64,000 nucleotides of DNA, from positions 1,116,001 through 1,180,000 of the forward strand of contig CP142732.1 in NCBI GenBank assembly GCA_036630325.1, in the 5' to 3' direction. This stretch comes from Vairimorpha necatrix. Taxonomy: Eukaryota. The position numbers and the translations under genes were made by a program. Below, piece after piece: positions 1-12,000 of this stretch (the stretch's first letter is position 1; the number at the start of each line of letters is the position of its first letter). The notes under the pieces are model-generated. The model was not told the DNA's origin, ran no database searches, and was given only the letters and a program-made list of their open reading frames with translations.

Positions 1-199
1 TCTAGTGAGTGTGTACTCATTGAGATGATGTCTATTGCGTCATGTAAAAAAGTTCTGGTTTTTTCTCTCTCTGTTGACATTTCAAATTAGTGGGTAAGAA
101 AAAAAACAAAAAAATAATTTTTTGCATAAATTAAATTTAAGACGGAAAATCATGAAATCATTTGTCCATTATAAATAAATTATTTGTTCATTACAATTT

Positions 200-415
200 C
201 AAACATGACGGCATTTTTAAACAGGCAATTTCATACATGACAATTCCAAACATGACGACAATTCCAAACATGACATTTTTATGTTTAAATCATTTTATAG
301 ATTTGTCCATTTATAAAATAAATGACAGGATTCATTTCATCCAAATATGGGTAATAAAATAAATCTTAAATTTACACGAACAAGATTAATCAAAAATTTA
401 CACGAACAAGATTAT
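200..415. repeat. Short imperfect tandem repeats
   Basis: Recurrent (caattcc)aaacatgac units at ~200-275; aaatttacacgaacaagatta occurs twice at ~368-413. Confidence 0.7.
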
Positions 416-591
416 AATATGCCTGCATAAATTATAGAATCGCATAAGACATTTGATTTATCTTACTCATGTTTTTACCATATTAATTAATTTACAAATA
501 TACGCTTACACACATAATTTCACTTTTGGTCTCATTCATTATCTTTTGTATTTATTAGTGTTTGTTTGTTTCATAAACTTATCCCTATTAC

Positions 592-1785
592 ATGAAAGTA
601 GAGATAAAGAAAATAGACGGCTTTTATAATTTCTTCGTATTGATTTCTACACTGAGTATTCTGAGATTCTTAATAGAAGATTGTAAGGAATATGACTTAG
701 TAGTCAATTTTCCCCTTAGTAAATTGAGAATATTAGATCTCTGGTATTTCTTAATTACTATCTTGATTTTTACTATAAGATCCTGTATTTGTTATATTCT
801 TGTAAATAAGTCCCTTATATTTACTCTGTTGAATCTTCTAGTGTCTGAATGCCTTGTTCTGTATTTTAATATCAAGCATATTAGTCATGAATATATTTCC
901 GGGTGGTCTTTAATAATAAATGTGGTATTAATAGCCAAATTAATATCTTTTTACGTATATCATCAAGGCACACTTACGCGTAATAGGCATAATACACATA
1001 GTAGAAGCACATGTAATAGGCATAATGCACATATTGTACATAAGAGAAACTCCTATAATAGAATACATCATGACACAATCATAAAAACTACATGCCCCTT
1101 TAGACACTTCGCATATTTCATTGTTTCCCCTACACTCGTTTACTCCCCACATTACCCAAGAAATCCCTCCTGTAATTACAAGAGAGTCCTCAGTAAACTC
1201 GCCCTCCTCATCTCTGGCCTTTTTCTCTTTGTCTTTGTCACTGACCAATATTCTGTACCAAGTATTTACAGGATAATAGAAATGAAGAGTACAAGAGTAG
1301 TAGTAGAGAATATTATAAATTTATCTCTGTCTACTGCCTTCTTATTCCTGATCTTCTTTAACTTGGTCTTCGTGTGCTCTCTAGACATAATAGCAGAACT
1401 TACCAGATTCCAAGACACAGAGTTCTACCAGGAGTGGTGGAACTCGTCCACTGTGGCCCAGTTCTGGACCCTGTGGAATATTCCAGTACACATGTGGATT
1501 AAGAAGCATATTTATATTCCACTAATGAGGAGATCACTGACCAAGGGCCAGGCCCGGGCGGCCTCTTTTCTAATTTCTGCCTTGTTTCATGAATATGTAG
1601 TGAGTGTGGGGACTAAGCAGTTCTGTGGGTTTATATTTCTGGCTATGATGGCACAAGTGCCACTTATCATCATATCAGACAAGATAAATAAGAATTTCCC
1701 GAGATATTCTAATTTCTTCGTATGGGCATCTCTGTGTATAGTTGGGCATCCTATAATAGCCATATTGTATTATCTCAAGGAGTAA
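592..1785 (+). CDS. MBOAT-family sterol/diacylglycerol O-acyltransferase (ACAT/DGAT1-like)
   Basis: Motifs PTLVY..HYPR, AELTRF.D.EFYQEWWNS, FWTLWNIPVHMW and SALFHEY (catalytic His); multiple hydrophobic segments; CCC motif upstream of ATG. Confidence 0.9.
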   Translation: MKVEIKKIDGFYNFFVLISTLSILRFLIEDCKEYDLVVNFPLSKLRILDLWYFLITILIFTIRSCICYILVNKSLIFTLLNLLVSECLVLYFNIKHISHEYISGWSLIINVVLIAKLISFYVYHQGTLTRNRHNTHSRSTCNRHNAHIVHKRNSYNRIHHDTIIKTTCPFRHFAYFIVSPTLVYSPHYPRNPSCNYKRVLSKLALLISGLFLFVFVTDQYSVPSIYRIIEMKSTRVVVENIINLSLSTAFLFLIFFNLVFVCSLDIIAELTRFQDTEFYQEWWNSSTVAQFWTLWNIPVHMWIKKHIYIPLMRRSLTKGQARAASFLISALFHEYVVSVGTKQFCGFIFLAMMAQVPLIIISDKINKNFPRYSNFFVWASLCIVGHPIIAILYYLKE

Positions 1786-1964
1786 GGTGACTCTAGTTTA
1801 TAAATGCACAGTATGAAGCATATAATAAATATGTAAGTCCACAAAATATGTACTCCTATATAACACTATATTTCTGGAGTTTTTTTTCCATGTGATTATG
1901 CAGATTTTTTCTCTATTTATAGTTTTATAAATCACTTTGTTTGTTTCATACAAACAAAGTCACC

Positions 1965-2155
1965 AAATGCATAAAATACTTCTACAATGCATACAATACT
2001 TCTACAAATGCATAAAATACTTTTATTACATAAATCAATTCTACAATGCATAAATCAATTCTACAATGCATAAAACAGTTCTACAATGCATACAATACTT
2101 CTACAATGCATAAAACAGTTCTACAATGCATATAATACTTCTACAATGCATAAAT
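1965..2155. repeat. Intergenic minisatellite, ~20-bp unit ttctacaatgcata(a/c)aa(t/c)a.., about 9 imperfect copies
   Basis: Repeated ctacaatgcata core read directly. Confidence 0.9.
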
Positions 2156-2258
2156 TAATTCCATTGTTATGTATCTACTTTCTTGTGCATAAAACATTTC
2201 TGTTTTTTTATGTTTCAAATTTGAATATTTAAATTCTCTTTTTTTTCCTAGTCCTAAA

Positions 2259-2882
2259 ATGGGTAATGTCTTGACAATAATCCAGCAGAAATTCTTCTCT
2301 AAACTTAAGAAGATGTTTTCTACAGGTAAGAGACATTCTATTACTATGATAGGACTTGATGGTGCTGGTAAGACTACTCTTTTATATTTCATGAAGACAG
2401 GGGATATTCAGCACACTGTGCCCACAATTGGTTTTAATTGTGAGACACTTGAGATTGAAGATTTAACTTTCCAAGTTTGGGATATTGGTGGTCAAGAAGT
2501 TTTTATAAAATTCTGGCATAATTATATTAAGACTAGTAGTGCTATTGTGTATCTTGTAGATATAGCAGATCAACAGAGATTTAATAAATCTTCTGATGCT
2601 TTGTGGACTATTTTAAAGGAAGTTCCTACACATAAGCCACTTTTAATATTGGCGAATAAAGTGGACTGTATTAAAGATGAGGTAGAGAGGGAGAATAAGA
2701 TTAATAGTTTAGTAGAGGAGATGGTATTAGAGAAGTATACTGGGCCTAAGAAGATAGTCCCTTGTAGTGTGAAAGATGCGTGTAGTGGGTCAGTGGAGGC
2801 AGCCAAGGAAAACAGTAAAGTGATTTTAGGGGCCTTTAAGTGGCTCAGTGAGGAGCTTAAGAAGCTACCCACTGAAAATTAA
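2259..2882 (+). CDS. ARF: ADP-ribosylation factor (ARF/ARL) small GTPase
   Basis: MGN N-terminus (myristoylation-type), GLDGAGKTT, PTIGFN, WDIGGQ, NKVD. Confidence 0.93.
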   Translation: MGNVLTIIQQKFFSKLKKMFSTGKRHSITMIGLDGAGKTTLLYFMKTGDIQHTVPTIGFNCETLEIEDLTFQVWDIGGQEVFIKFWHNYIKTSSAIVYLVDIADQQRFNKSSDALWTILKEVPTHKPLLILANKVDCIKDEVERENKINSLVEEMVLEKYTGPKKIVPCSVKDACSGSVEAAKENSKVILGAFKWLSEELKKLPTEN

Positions 2883-3070
2883 ACCATTAAGCAATTGAAT
2901 ATATTTGAATATTTATATTAGATTTAATTATATTATATTATATTATATTTAGGTATATGCCAGATATGTTATTGATGCATTTATAATTATAACAATCAAA
3001 TATTAAATTCAATATATATATATATGTTATATATTAAATTCAATATATAAAATATATTATACTAATATAT

Positions 3071-6000
3071 TTATTGTAGTAATTCTTTAAGGGCTAATAT
3101 AAATGTCGACTCTAATTCTTCTAAATCCCTTATTATACAATATTTCATACTGAATAATTCTATATATTTCTGTATAAAGACATTTCCTTCTGTCACTGAC
3201 ACTTTTGACATATTCATTATATCATTCTTATCTATCAAAATTATTAAGAAATTCTTATTATAAAACCCTGTCTTCTGGAATATCCCATCAGTCAAGATAA
3301 TATTTATTCCTTCTTCATATTCTTCTATAAAATCCACATTCGTCTCTCTGTCTGTAAAAGTCATTTTGTTTATTTCACATTGACATTTTGTTTCTCCAAA
3401 TCTATAAATTTCTACTGGGATATTAAGTGCCTTAAAAGAGTTCTTAAGTCTAGAAGATAAAATCAAGAGTGTGTCAATCATCTCTTGACTGTACATAGAT
3501 TTAGAATTATCTATAAATAATCTGACACAATATTCTTTCTTATCATTCTTCTTTCTCTTCATCCATATCTTGTCCTTTCTGTAGTCACTGGCTATATACG
3601 GGATAAGTTTCTTCATGTTTAATTTCTTACCACTTTTATAGTCGCCTTTGTATTTGTTCTGTTTATTATTTTCTAGAATATTCCTGAGCATTAAGACTAA
3701 TTTCTCAGAATAAGATTCCTTATAAGAAATATTTATAATTTGATCTTGTGGATTTTTATCTCCTTGGTCTTGATTTCCTTCTATTTCTTGAGGCCCTTCG
3801 CCAGGGCAAAGGGCCTCTTCTTGTAATTCGCCGAAGACTCGTCTCTCGTAGTCCAGTGCTTCATTACAAGTCTGATTTTGATTTAATTTTCCTTCTTTAT
3901 ATTTGTAATCTGTGAGAATATTATTATAAATTTCTTGTACATCTTCTTCTAAAATAAAATCTTTTTCATTTGGTTTTTCTTCATTTAGTTCTTCTTCATT
4001 TGATTCTTCTTCATTTAATTCTTCTTCATATCCATTTTCTATATTTTCTGAGCTTTCTCCATGTCCTTCATCAGATTGTTCTTCTTGTTCATCAGATCGT
4101 TCATTTGATTCTTTATGTTCGCTTGATTGTTCACTTGATTCATCAGATTGTCCACTTGATTCTTCGTTGCCGTCTACTCCTGTCTCGTTTTTCTCATCTT
4201 CTTCGTCTTCTACTGATGACATATTTCCCTCATTCTCTAAATCTATCCCATCTTCTTCTTGTATATCTTCATTCTCACAGTACTCATTACTAATCTCATC
4301 TTCTTCTTCTATCTTGTCACTTATATTCTTCTCTCCTGTTCCTCCTTTGATTCCTGTACCATCTTCATATTCCACTTCATCTTCGTCTGCAAAATTAAAA
4401 ATGAAATATAAAAAAGGAGGGAAAGGGAAATTTAAGGCCAAATTTATAAGTCTCAAATGGGATGAGTCATCAGTGATCTTGTTTATGACTTTAGAGAGAC
4501 AAATTTCAGGATATGAAAATTTATCCACTACATTTCTCCCATAGAAAATGTCAAGTATTTTATCTCTAGTGAAAATGTCATTCTTTTTAATTATATTGTC
4601 AGTATGTATTATATAATTTTGATCTTCTTTAATTTCGTCATTATTCCCATGTAGAATTTCATGTGTTTCTAAAATGCTGGTGATTTGGGACCTGTTAATT
4701 TTCTCTGATAAATTTATAAATCTCTCACATATACAATTTGTTTCATTTTTATCTACAAACTTGTACATAATTTCTTCTATTTTTGTTTCTTTACAGCAAC
4801 ATCCTGGTTTATCAAATTTCAAGTCTAAAATATTTGTCACTGGTAGACTCAAGAAGTCTACTAATTCTTTCCTTATTTTACTATATAATTTGGGTTCTCT
4901 TTTTAATTTAGTTTTTGATTCATTAATCTTTTTTAGTGTTAATTTTTCTATATCAAATGCTTTATATTGTAGTACTAAGTTGTACATTAAATTATTATTA
5001 TTTCTTAGAGATTTTTCTGTTGCAAATTTCATTCTATCATTAAATTCGTATACTTGACAATCTAAGAAATATCTTTCTGCTAGATCTTTAGTAAAAGAAT
5101 GGATTTCTAGGAATATGAAATATTTATAATTTATAGGCCAAGACAAAGAGTCTGGATTTTTATAATATTTTACTAGTTCTTTATAAATCTGATCTTTTTT
5201 CTTATATTCTTGTTTTAAATACGAAGAAGTGTCTAATCCGTCTAGTAGATTTTTATTTATCTTGTTATTTGACATGTAGTCATTTATCTTATCTAATAAA
5301 ATATCTTGCTTAGTAAATAATGGATAATCTCCAATAATCATATTCGAATTTATACTTGCATCTATATTAGTATATTTATTCACTTCAGATTCATTTATAA
5401 ATGTCTTTATAAATTTATCTGTAAAGTGTATTATGTTTACTCGTGTATCTAAAATATAAGATATCTCTCTTATCTTAAATATATCAGTAAGACACTCATT
5501 TATATATTTCTCTGGTATGCTTATTCTGTCTATCTTGTCTGTATCTTTTATTATTGGATTATAAAGGCAGGCCTCTAGGACTAAATTAGAAATATCAAGA
5601 GATTTCTTATTTGTCAAGGAGTAGAGGATTTTACACATGTAAGAACCAAATTCCCCGTACTGGAGATCTTTAAGATATTTTATAAAGTCCTGATTGACTA
5701 GACAAGTAGCCACTAGATTCTTATAAGTCAAAGATTTAAGAGGTACTTCAATTTTCTGATATTCCTGATATAAATCATGAACAAAGTCTTTAAAGACATC
5801 TTCTACATGTATCAAAATATTCTTAAGATCTTCATCACCAGGTATTATATTTTTAACGTGATCTTCTTCTTCATGTACTAAATTATCTTTAGATACATCA
5901 TTTACATGTATATTATTTTTAACATGTATTAAACTTTTATCATTTTCTTCGTGTATTATATTTTTATCATTTTGTTTACAGGACCCATTACATTTGTTGG

Positions 6001-9000
6001 TCTTCCATCTCTCTTCTAGTAAATATATCAAATAATAATCTAGTAAATCAGAAAACTCTTCAAATAATTCTACTACTTGAATATCTAATAAATAAGAACA
6101 CAAGTCTAAATTTAAAAACATCTTCTTAAATTTATAAAAATCTCTATCTAATTTCTTATTAATTATTAATATTTCATTATAGAAATTTGTATTAATTTCT
6201 TCTAAATTAGAGACTAAATCTCTAATTTCTCCTCTACCATATTTATATAAAGATTTTATATTCTCATAAATATCTTCTAAAATCTCATTCTCTTTTTTAT
6301 ATTTTAAAAAAGTTATATAATCTTTATAATAGGAAAGTGGATCTTCTTGGAAACTCTGGAGCATAGTGAAATATTCTGGGTCGAAGTTTGTTGTAAAAGA
6401 CAAACAAAATTGTGATAAAGTGGTACAAAGATCTTTCAAGTTAGGGATGTCTTTTAGAGATTTAGAATTTAGAGAGGACAAGATTGTCTCTTTTAGTTCT
6501 TGTAGATTTGTAGGGACATTTAAAATGCATGTGTCTTTTAGACTGTTCTTTTTTCTTGTATTAATATTTCTAGTACTTGTAGTATTATCTTCTATGATAT
6601 TAAACATAGATAAGTTTGTATTATTATTTGTTGTACTAGTAATTATTGGATTTTTCAATTTGGTTTCTTGATGCTCGTTTTTATTATAAATTATTTCTAA
6701 GTTCATATTCTTTATAAATGTTATACATTTCTCATTATCTGTTAAATTATGTGTATTCCTCATATTTAATATCTTCTCTTTATCATTTTCTCCTCTATTT
6801 ATATTGAATTTTATCTTCTTATAAAATTCTATATATTTGATTTTACTAGTGTCAAATTCAATTTCTTTCTTTTTAAATCTGAACATATTTTCTATATTCT
6901 TATGTAAGATTTCATTATAAATATTAGTCAGATTTCTATATAAAAATTTAGGAGTTATAGAAAAACTCTGAAATTTTCTATAAGAAATGTCGAAATCTTT
7001 AGTATCTACAAATTCTTTATATTTGAAATCTTCAAAATTAATATTTGTAGAATCCCCATTGCCTGATAATTTCATTTTCTTCGTACTTTCATCTTTCAAA
7101 CATACTCGATCTTTTAGATATGGATTGTCTTTTAGACTTTCTTGATTTTGTACATATGCATCATCTTTCAGACATACTCGATCTTGTTCATAATTCTGAT
7201 CATTTGCATATGGATTGTCTTTTAGACATAATCTATTTGCATATGGATCATATTTTATATATGCATCATATTTTAGACTTTCTTGATCTTTTAGATATGA
7301 ATCATATTTTAAACTTTCTTGATCTTGTACATAATTCTGATTTTTTACATATGGATTGTCTTTTAAACTTTCTTGATTTTGTACATATGCATCATATTTA
7401 TGGCTTTCTTGATATTTTTTTAGACTTTCTTGATCATTTAGATGATTTTTATATATTTGCCTATTTCTGTAGAATATTTTCCATGCGTCAATATAAGATA
7501 TCTTATCTGATAATTCGACCACATAACATCTGTCAATTATAGCAGGTGACAAATCTATAAGATTATCTACTAGTAATATAAACTTAGTCTTATTATTTAT
7601 ATTTATCTCTGTGTCTATTCCTTTTTCATAAATATTAATTGATCTATCAGATTCAAATAAAGAATTACATCTGTCGAAAATACTCTTCTCTATTAATTCG
7701 GGATTATGTAAAACAATCAGAGATCCCTTGAGAATATTCTCAATAAAGAGGGAATTCCTCCACAAGAAAGTGCCTTCGTCACTTTTGTGATATTGGCCTA
7801 GGAGATCACTAGTGTCTATTTCTTTATGACACATAAAGTCGAAATATTGTAAATTAAACAAATTCGAGATAAAGTTTATGAGAGAAGATTTACCAAATCC
7901 ACCAGTGATGATCACAGGGATATTCTTGAGTAAGGCTGATAAAATTATTTCTAGTTGTGGTAATTGGGAATGAATCAGCACATAATCAGAAATGTCATTT
8001 TTAGATTTTCTTTTACTTAAATCTGAAATATTATTCTCATCTAATTTCATAGATCTATGAATCTCATGTAAATTCAAGGATTTATCTTTTTTATTCTGTT
8101 CAATGACGTCATAATTATAATTTTGAATCCTGACATTTCCTAATTGGAATTTATTTTCATCTACTTTGTAATTTATCTTTCCTGTAGTCACAGGACATAA
8201 ATTCCTTTTTATATTTTCTCTTAAATTTACCTTCTCATAATATTTATATTCTATAAATAATTTCTCCAATATATTCTTAATATCTTCTTTGGTATATTGT
8301 CTCATATAAATACTCACAAATCTGTCTACAAAACTCTTGGGTAATATTTTCCTACCATTCAGATTATTATAAGGATTCATAGTAGCAAAAATCTTAGTAT
8401 CAGAATGGACATTAATAATACACTCTGATAATACCAACTTCCTTCTATAATCTAAGACTGAATTTAATCCTTCTATGACACTCTGAGAGCACAAATTTAT
8501 TTCATCTAGAATTATCCAGTCCCCATTTTCTAAAGCCTGGGTAAATTGACTCTTTACAAATTTGATACCATTTTTGACTGGTAAATAAGTCCCTACTAAA
8601 TCTGATAACTCGGTTTGTTCTGAAAGATTAATTCTAATACACTTCTTGTTTACTAATTTCGAGAGATTGTAAATTATACTTGTTTTTCCTACGCCGGGCT
8701 CGCCTTCTAGTAAAAGGCCTTTTTGGACTACAAGAGCGCGGAGAATTTGATTTAAATTGTAAAGAGTCGTTTGATTTTGGAAATCAAACGAGACATGACA
8801 AGATTTTGAAATACAAAAGGAATTTAAAATTATAAAATCTTCTGTTTCCTTAAAATCACTAGTGTCAAAATATTTTTCGTCATTCTTTCCTAAATTAAAC
8901 TCTGAATTATATTCGTCTTTTGTTGTTTTATGTCCTGAGGTAAATGCTAATTGATAGGCTTCTTTTGATATTGTGGCATCAGAAATATCATTTCTGATTT

Positions 9001-12000
9001 TTACTACACCAGGTACTTTTTGTTTCATAGATTTATAAAATTCACAAAATAACTCGTAATTTCTTAAAGAAGATTTCGTCTTGATCATATTTTCATAAAA
9101 AACTGGTCTCTGTATCCCATGCTTAATTAGCATCATATCAAAAATCTTATGAATTTCTTCATTTGGTAAATCATAATAAATCTCTGTAAATCTATTTCTT
9201 AAAGCAGGACTTAATTCTCTTTTACCAAAATCATTGCCTGGGTTCATCGTAGCAACAATAATAAAATCATCATGTGCTCTAAAATTCTCATCAATTTCTG
9301 TAACAAATATTTCTCTTTTATCTTCTAAAAGACTATTAAGTCTTTCTAAGACCGCATCTTCTGCCAAATTTATTTCATCAATTAAGAAAAAATGTCCATT
9401 TTTTACTGCTTCAATTAGTGGGCCATTTTTCCATTCTATTTTTCCTTGATCTAAAGTGAAATTCCCTGTGAAATCTGAACTTTCTATTCCACTGTGCATA
9501 TTTGTAAATACGAAATTTCTATTTAAATATTTCGCCAAAACTTCACAGATTTTAGTTTTTCCTATTCCTGTTTCGCCAATTAATAAAATTGGTTCTTTAC
9601 AAAAAATTGCAGCTTTCAATAATTTTATAATTTTCAAAAGACTTGGTGTCAAAATTATGTCTTTTGAGATATTGGCAATTAATTCATTGTCAATTCTGAA
9701 AATATCATTTTCAGAATAATCAAAATTAAACTTTTCTAATTTGTTAAAAACTTCTCTAAAAATATCTAATACTTTTTCTTTATCTAAATAATTTCTCTGT
9801 CTTTCATAAATTATTGATAAGCCTATTTCATAGACTTCAAACATCGTCTTTGGAATTCTATTGGCCCATTTAAATAAATCTCTTAATGTCATTAAACTAT
9901 CAATATTCCTTAAATTCTTCAATTTAGTATAAATTTTTATCATGTTCGTGCAAAAACTCTTTGGTAATTTTGTTTTTATATGTAAAATTTCTAATAATTC
10001 TAAATCAGTTTTCTCTCCAAAAAATATTTCTATAAATCTATTTCTAAAAGCTTTACTGATTCCTTTTCTACCACCATATTCAATATTCTGTGTAGCAAAT
10101 AATCTGAAATCAGGATGTGCTTTAATTAATTCATCATTCTGGTTTAAATATATTTCCTTATTATCATCTAATAATCTATTTAAAACTTCTAATACGTCAC
10201 TTTGGGCCAAATTTAATTCATCCAAAATGACCCACCATCCTTTTCTTATGGCTTCTATGAAGACACTTTCTTTAAATTTAATTCCTTTTGGTGTTGCAAT
10301 GTAATTTCCTAAATAATCTGAGGCTTCAGTGTGTTCATGATTATTAAATCTGATGACCTTACGATTTTGTTTGTTTGCCAAATAAAATATAATACTAGTC
10401 TTACCAGTAGAAGTGTCCCCTTGTAGAAGAATTGGACAATTTAACAAAATGCTAATTTTTAAGTCATACATCATTATTTGTGTTTTTGGTGTCAAAATGT
10501 ATCCACAATCTTCATAAGTAGGCAAAATCTTATTTTCTATAGAACTAAATAAAGAAGACAACTTAGAATAAATCACAGATCTACTTTGTAGATCAAATTG
10601 TGTCAAAATGAATACTGAAAATATATCCATAATATTTATATTTCTATTATTCTTAATTGCATTTAAACATCTAATTAAAGTTCTTCCGGAAATTAAAGGC
10701 TCAATTTTGTTGGTCAATTCTTTGTTTCTTATTCCTTGTTTAATTTCGTAAAATATTTCTGATAATTTTTCAATTTCTTTTTCTTCTAAAATATTCTGCA
10801 CATAATTTGCTATGACTGCTTTTATATCGAAAATATTGCTAGTAAAATCGTAAAAAGTCACATAATTAAAATTATGAGAAATGAAATTCTTCTTTCCATG
10901 ATCATTTCCTGGATTCATACAAGCAAATAACATAAAATTCTTATGGATTTCTATTTTCTCTACATTTTTCCTTTCATAATTTATTACTTCTTTTTTTGAT
11001 AAAAGTGAGTCTATCATTCCTAAAGTCTCGTCATTGCACAAATTAATTTCATCTAAAAGAATCCAAAAACCATTTTTCATGGCTTCTACTAAAATTCCAT
11101 CTTTCCAAATAAAATTTGTCTTGTTTTGTATGCATTTTTCTAAGAAATCCACTTCTTCGTCATTTACTTTCTCTTTTAAATCTTTTATTAATATTTTATT
11201 ATCAAATATTTTCGGCTTACTAATTAAATGCTTGTTATACAAATCTGTAATTCTTTTTTCAATATCAAAACTGCCGTATCCACCAATAAGATCATAACCA
11301 TCTACATCTGGTGACATATTGACAACTTTCAAATTTATTTCTTGATCGAAATATTTTCTAGAATTATTACAAATATATTGTACTAAAGAAGTCTTTCCTA
11401 CTCCTGTTTCTCCTATCAAAAGACTATATTTCTTCATTTTGATATTATTCAAAATATTCCTAATTGCTAATTTATAGGCATAAGTTTTTACAATATTAAA
11501 ATCAAAAATAACAACATCAGGAAAATAATTGAGATTTAAAGTTGATAACAACTCTTCTGAATCGTGATTTAAAAATAATGTTACTAATTTATCATAAAAC
11601 TCTAATCTTGCTTCATGTGAATTTAAAATTTTTTCATCCAATAATTTATGCAACTGAAAAATCTTTTTATAGTGGAAAATGCGTAAATTTGTTTGTTTCG
11701 ACAAACAAAGTGTCGACCCATTATAACAGTCAAAATTTCCAGACATACAAAATTTGTTACAATCCATATTTTTATTATGATCACATTTAGTATTAACATT
11801 TGAATTTAATAAATGTATTACATTTTCCATAATATTTTCAAGTTTCTTTGGATATTTAAAAAGCGTATAATTTACTGGTCCCAAAAAATAAATGTCATTA
11901 TTTTTAAATTTTTCTTTTGATGTAAAAAAAATATTAAAATTTTTTTCTGCAAAAATTTCTTCATTTTTGTTATTTACGATTTTTCTGTTTTTTATAACTG

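Noticed and set aside
1965..2155. Regular repeats superficially like a CRISPR array
   Set aside because: No unique spacers, no cas genes and a eukaryotic context; it is a minisatellite.
3970..11790. Several plus-strand ORFs of 70-140 aa over midasin
   Set aside because: Antisense shadows of a long AT-rich gene; no recognisable motifs.
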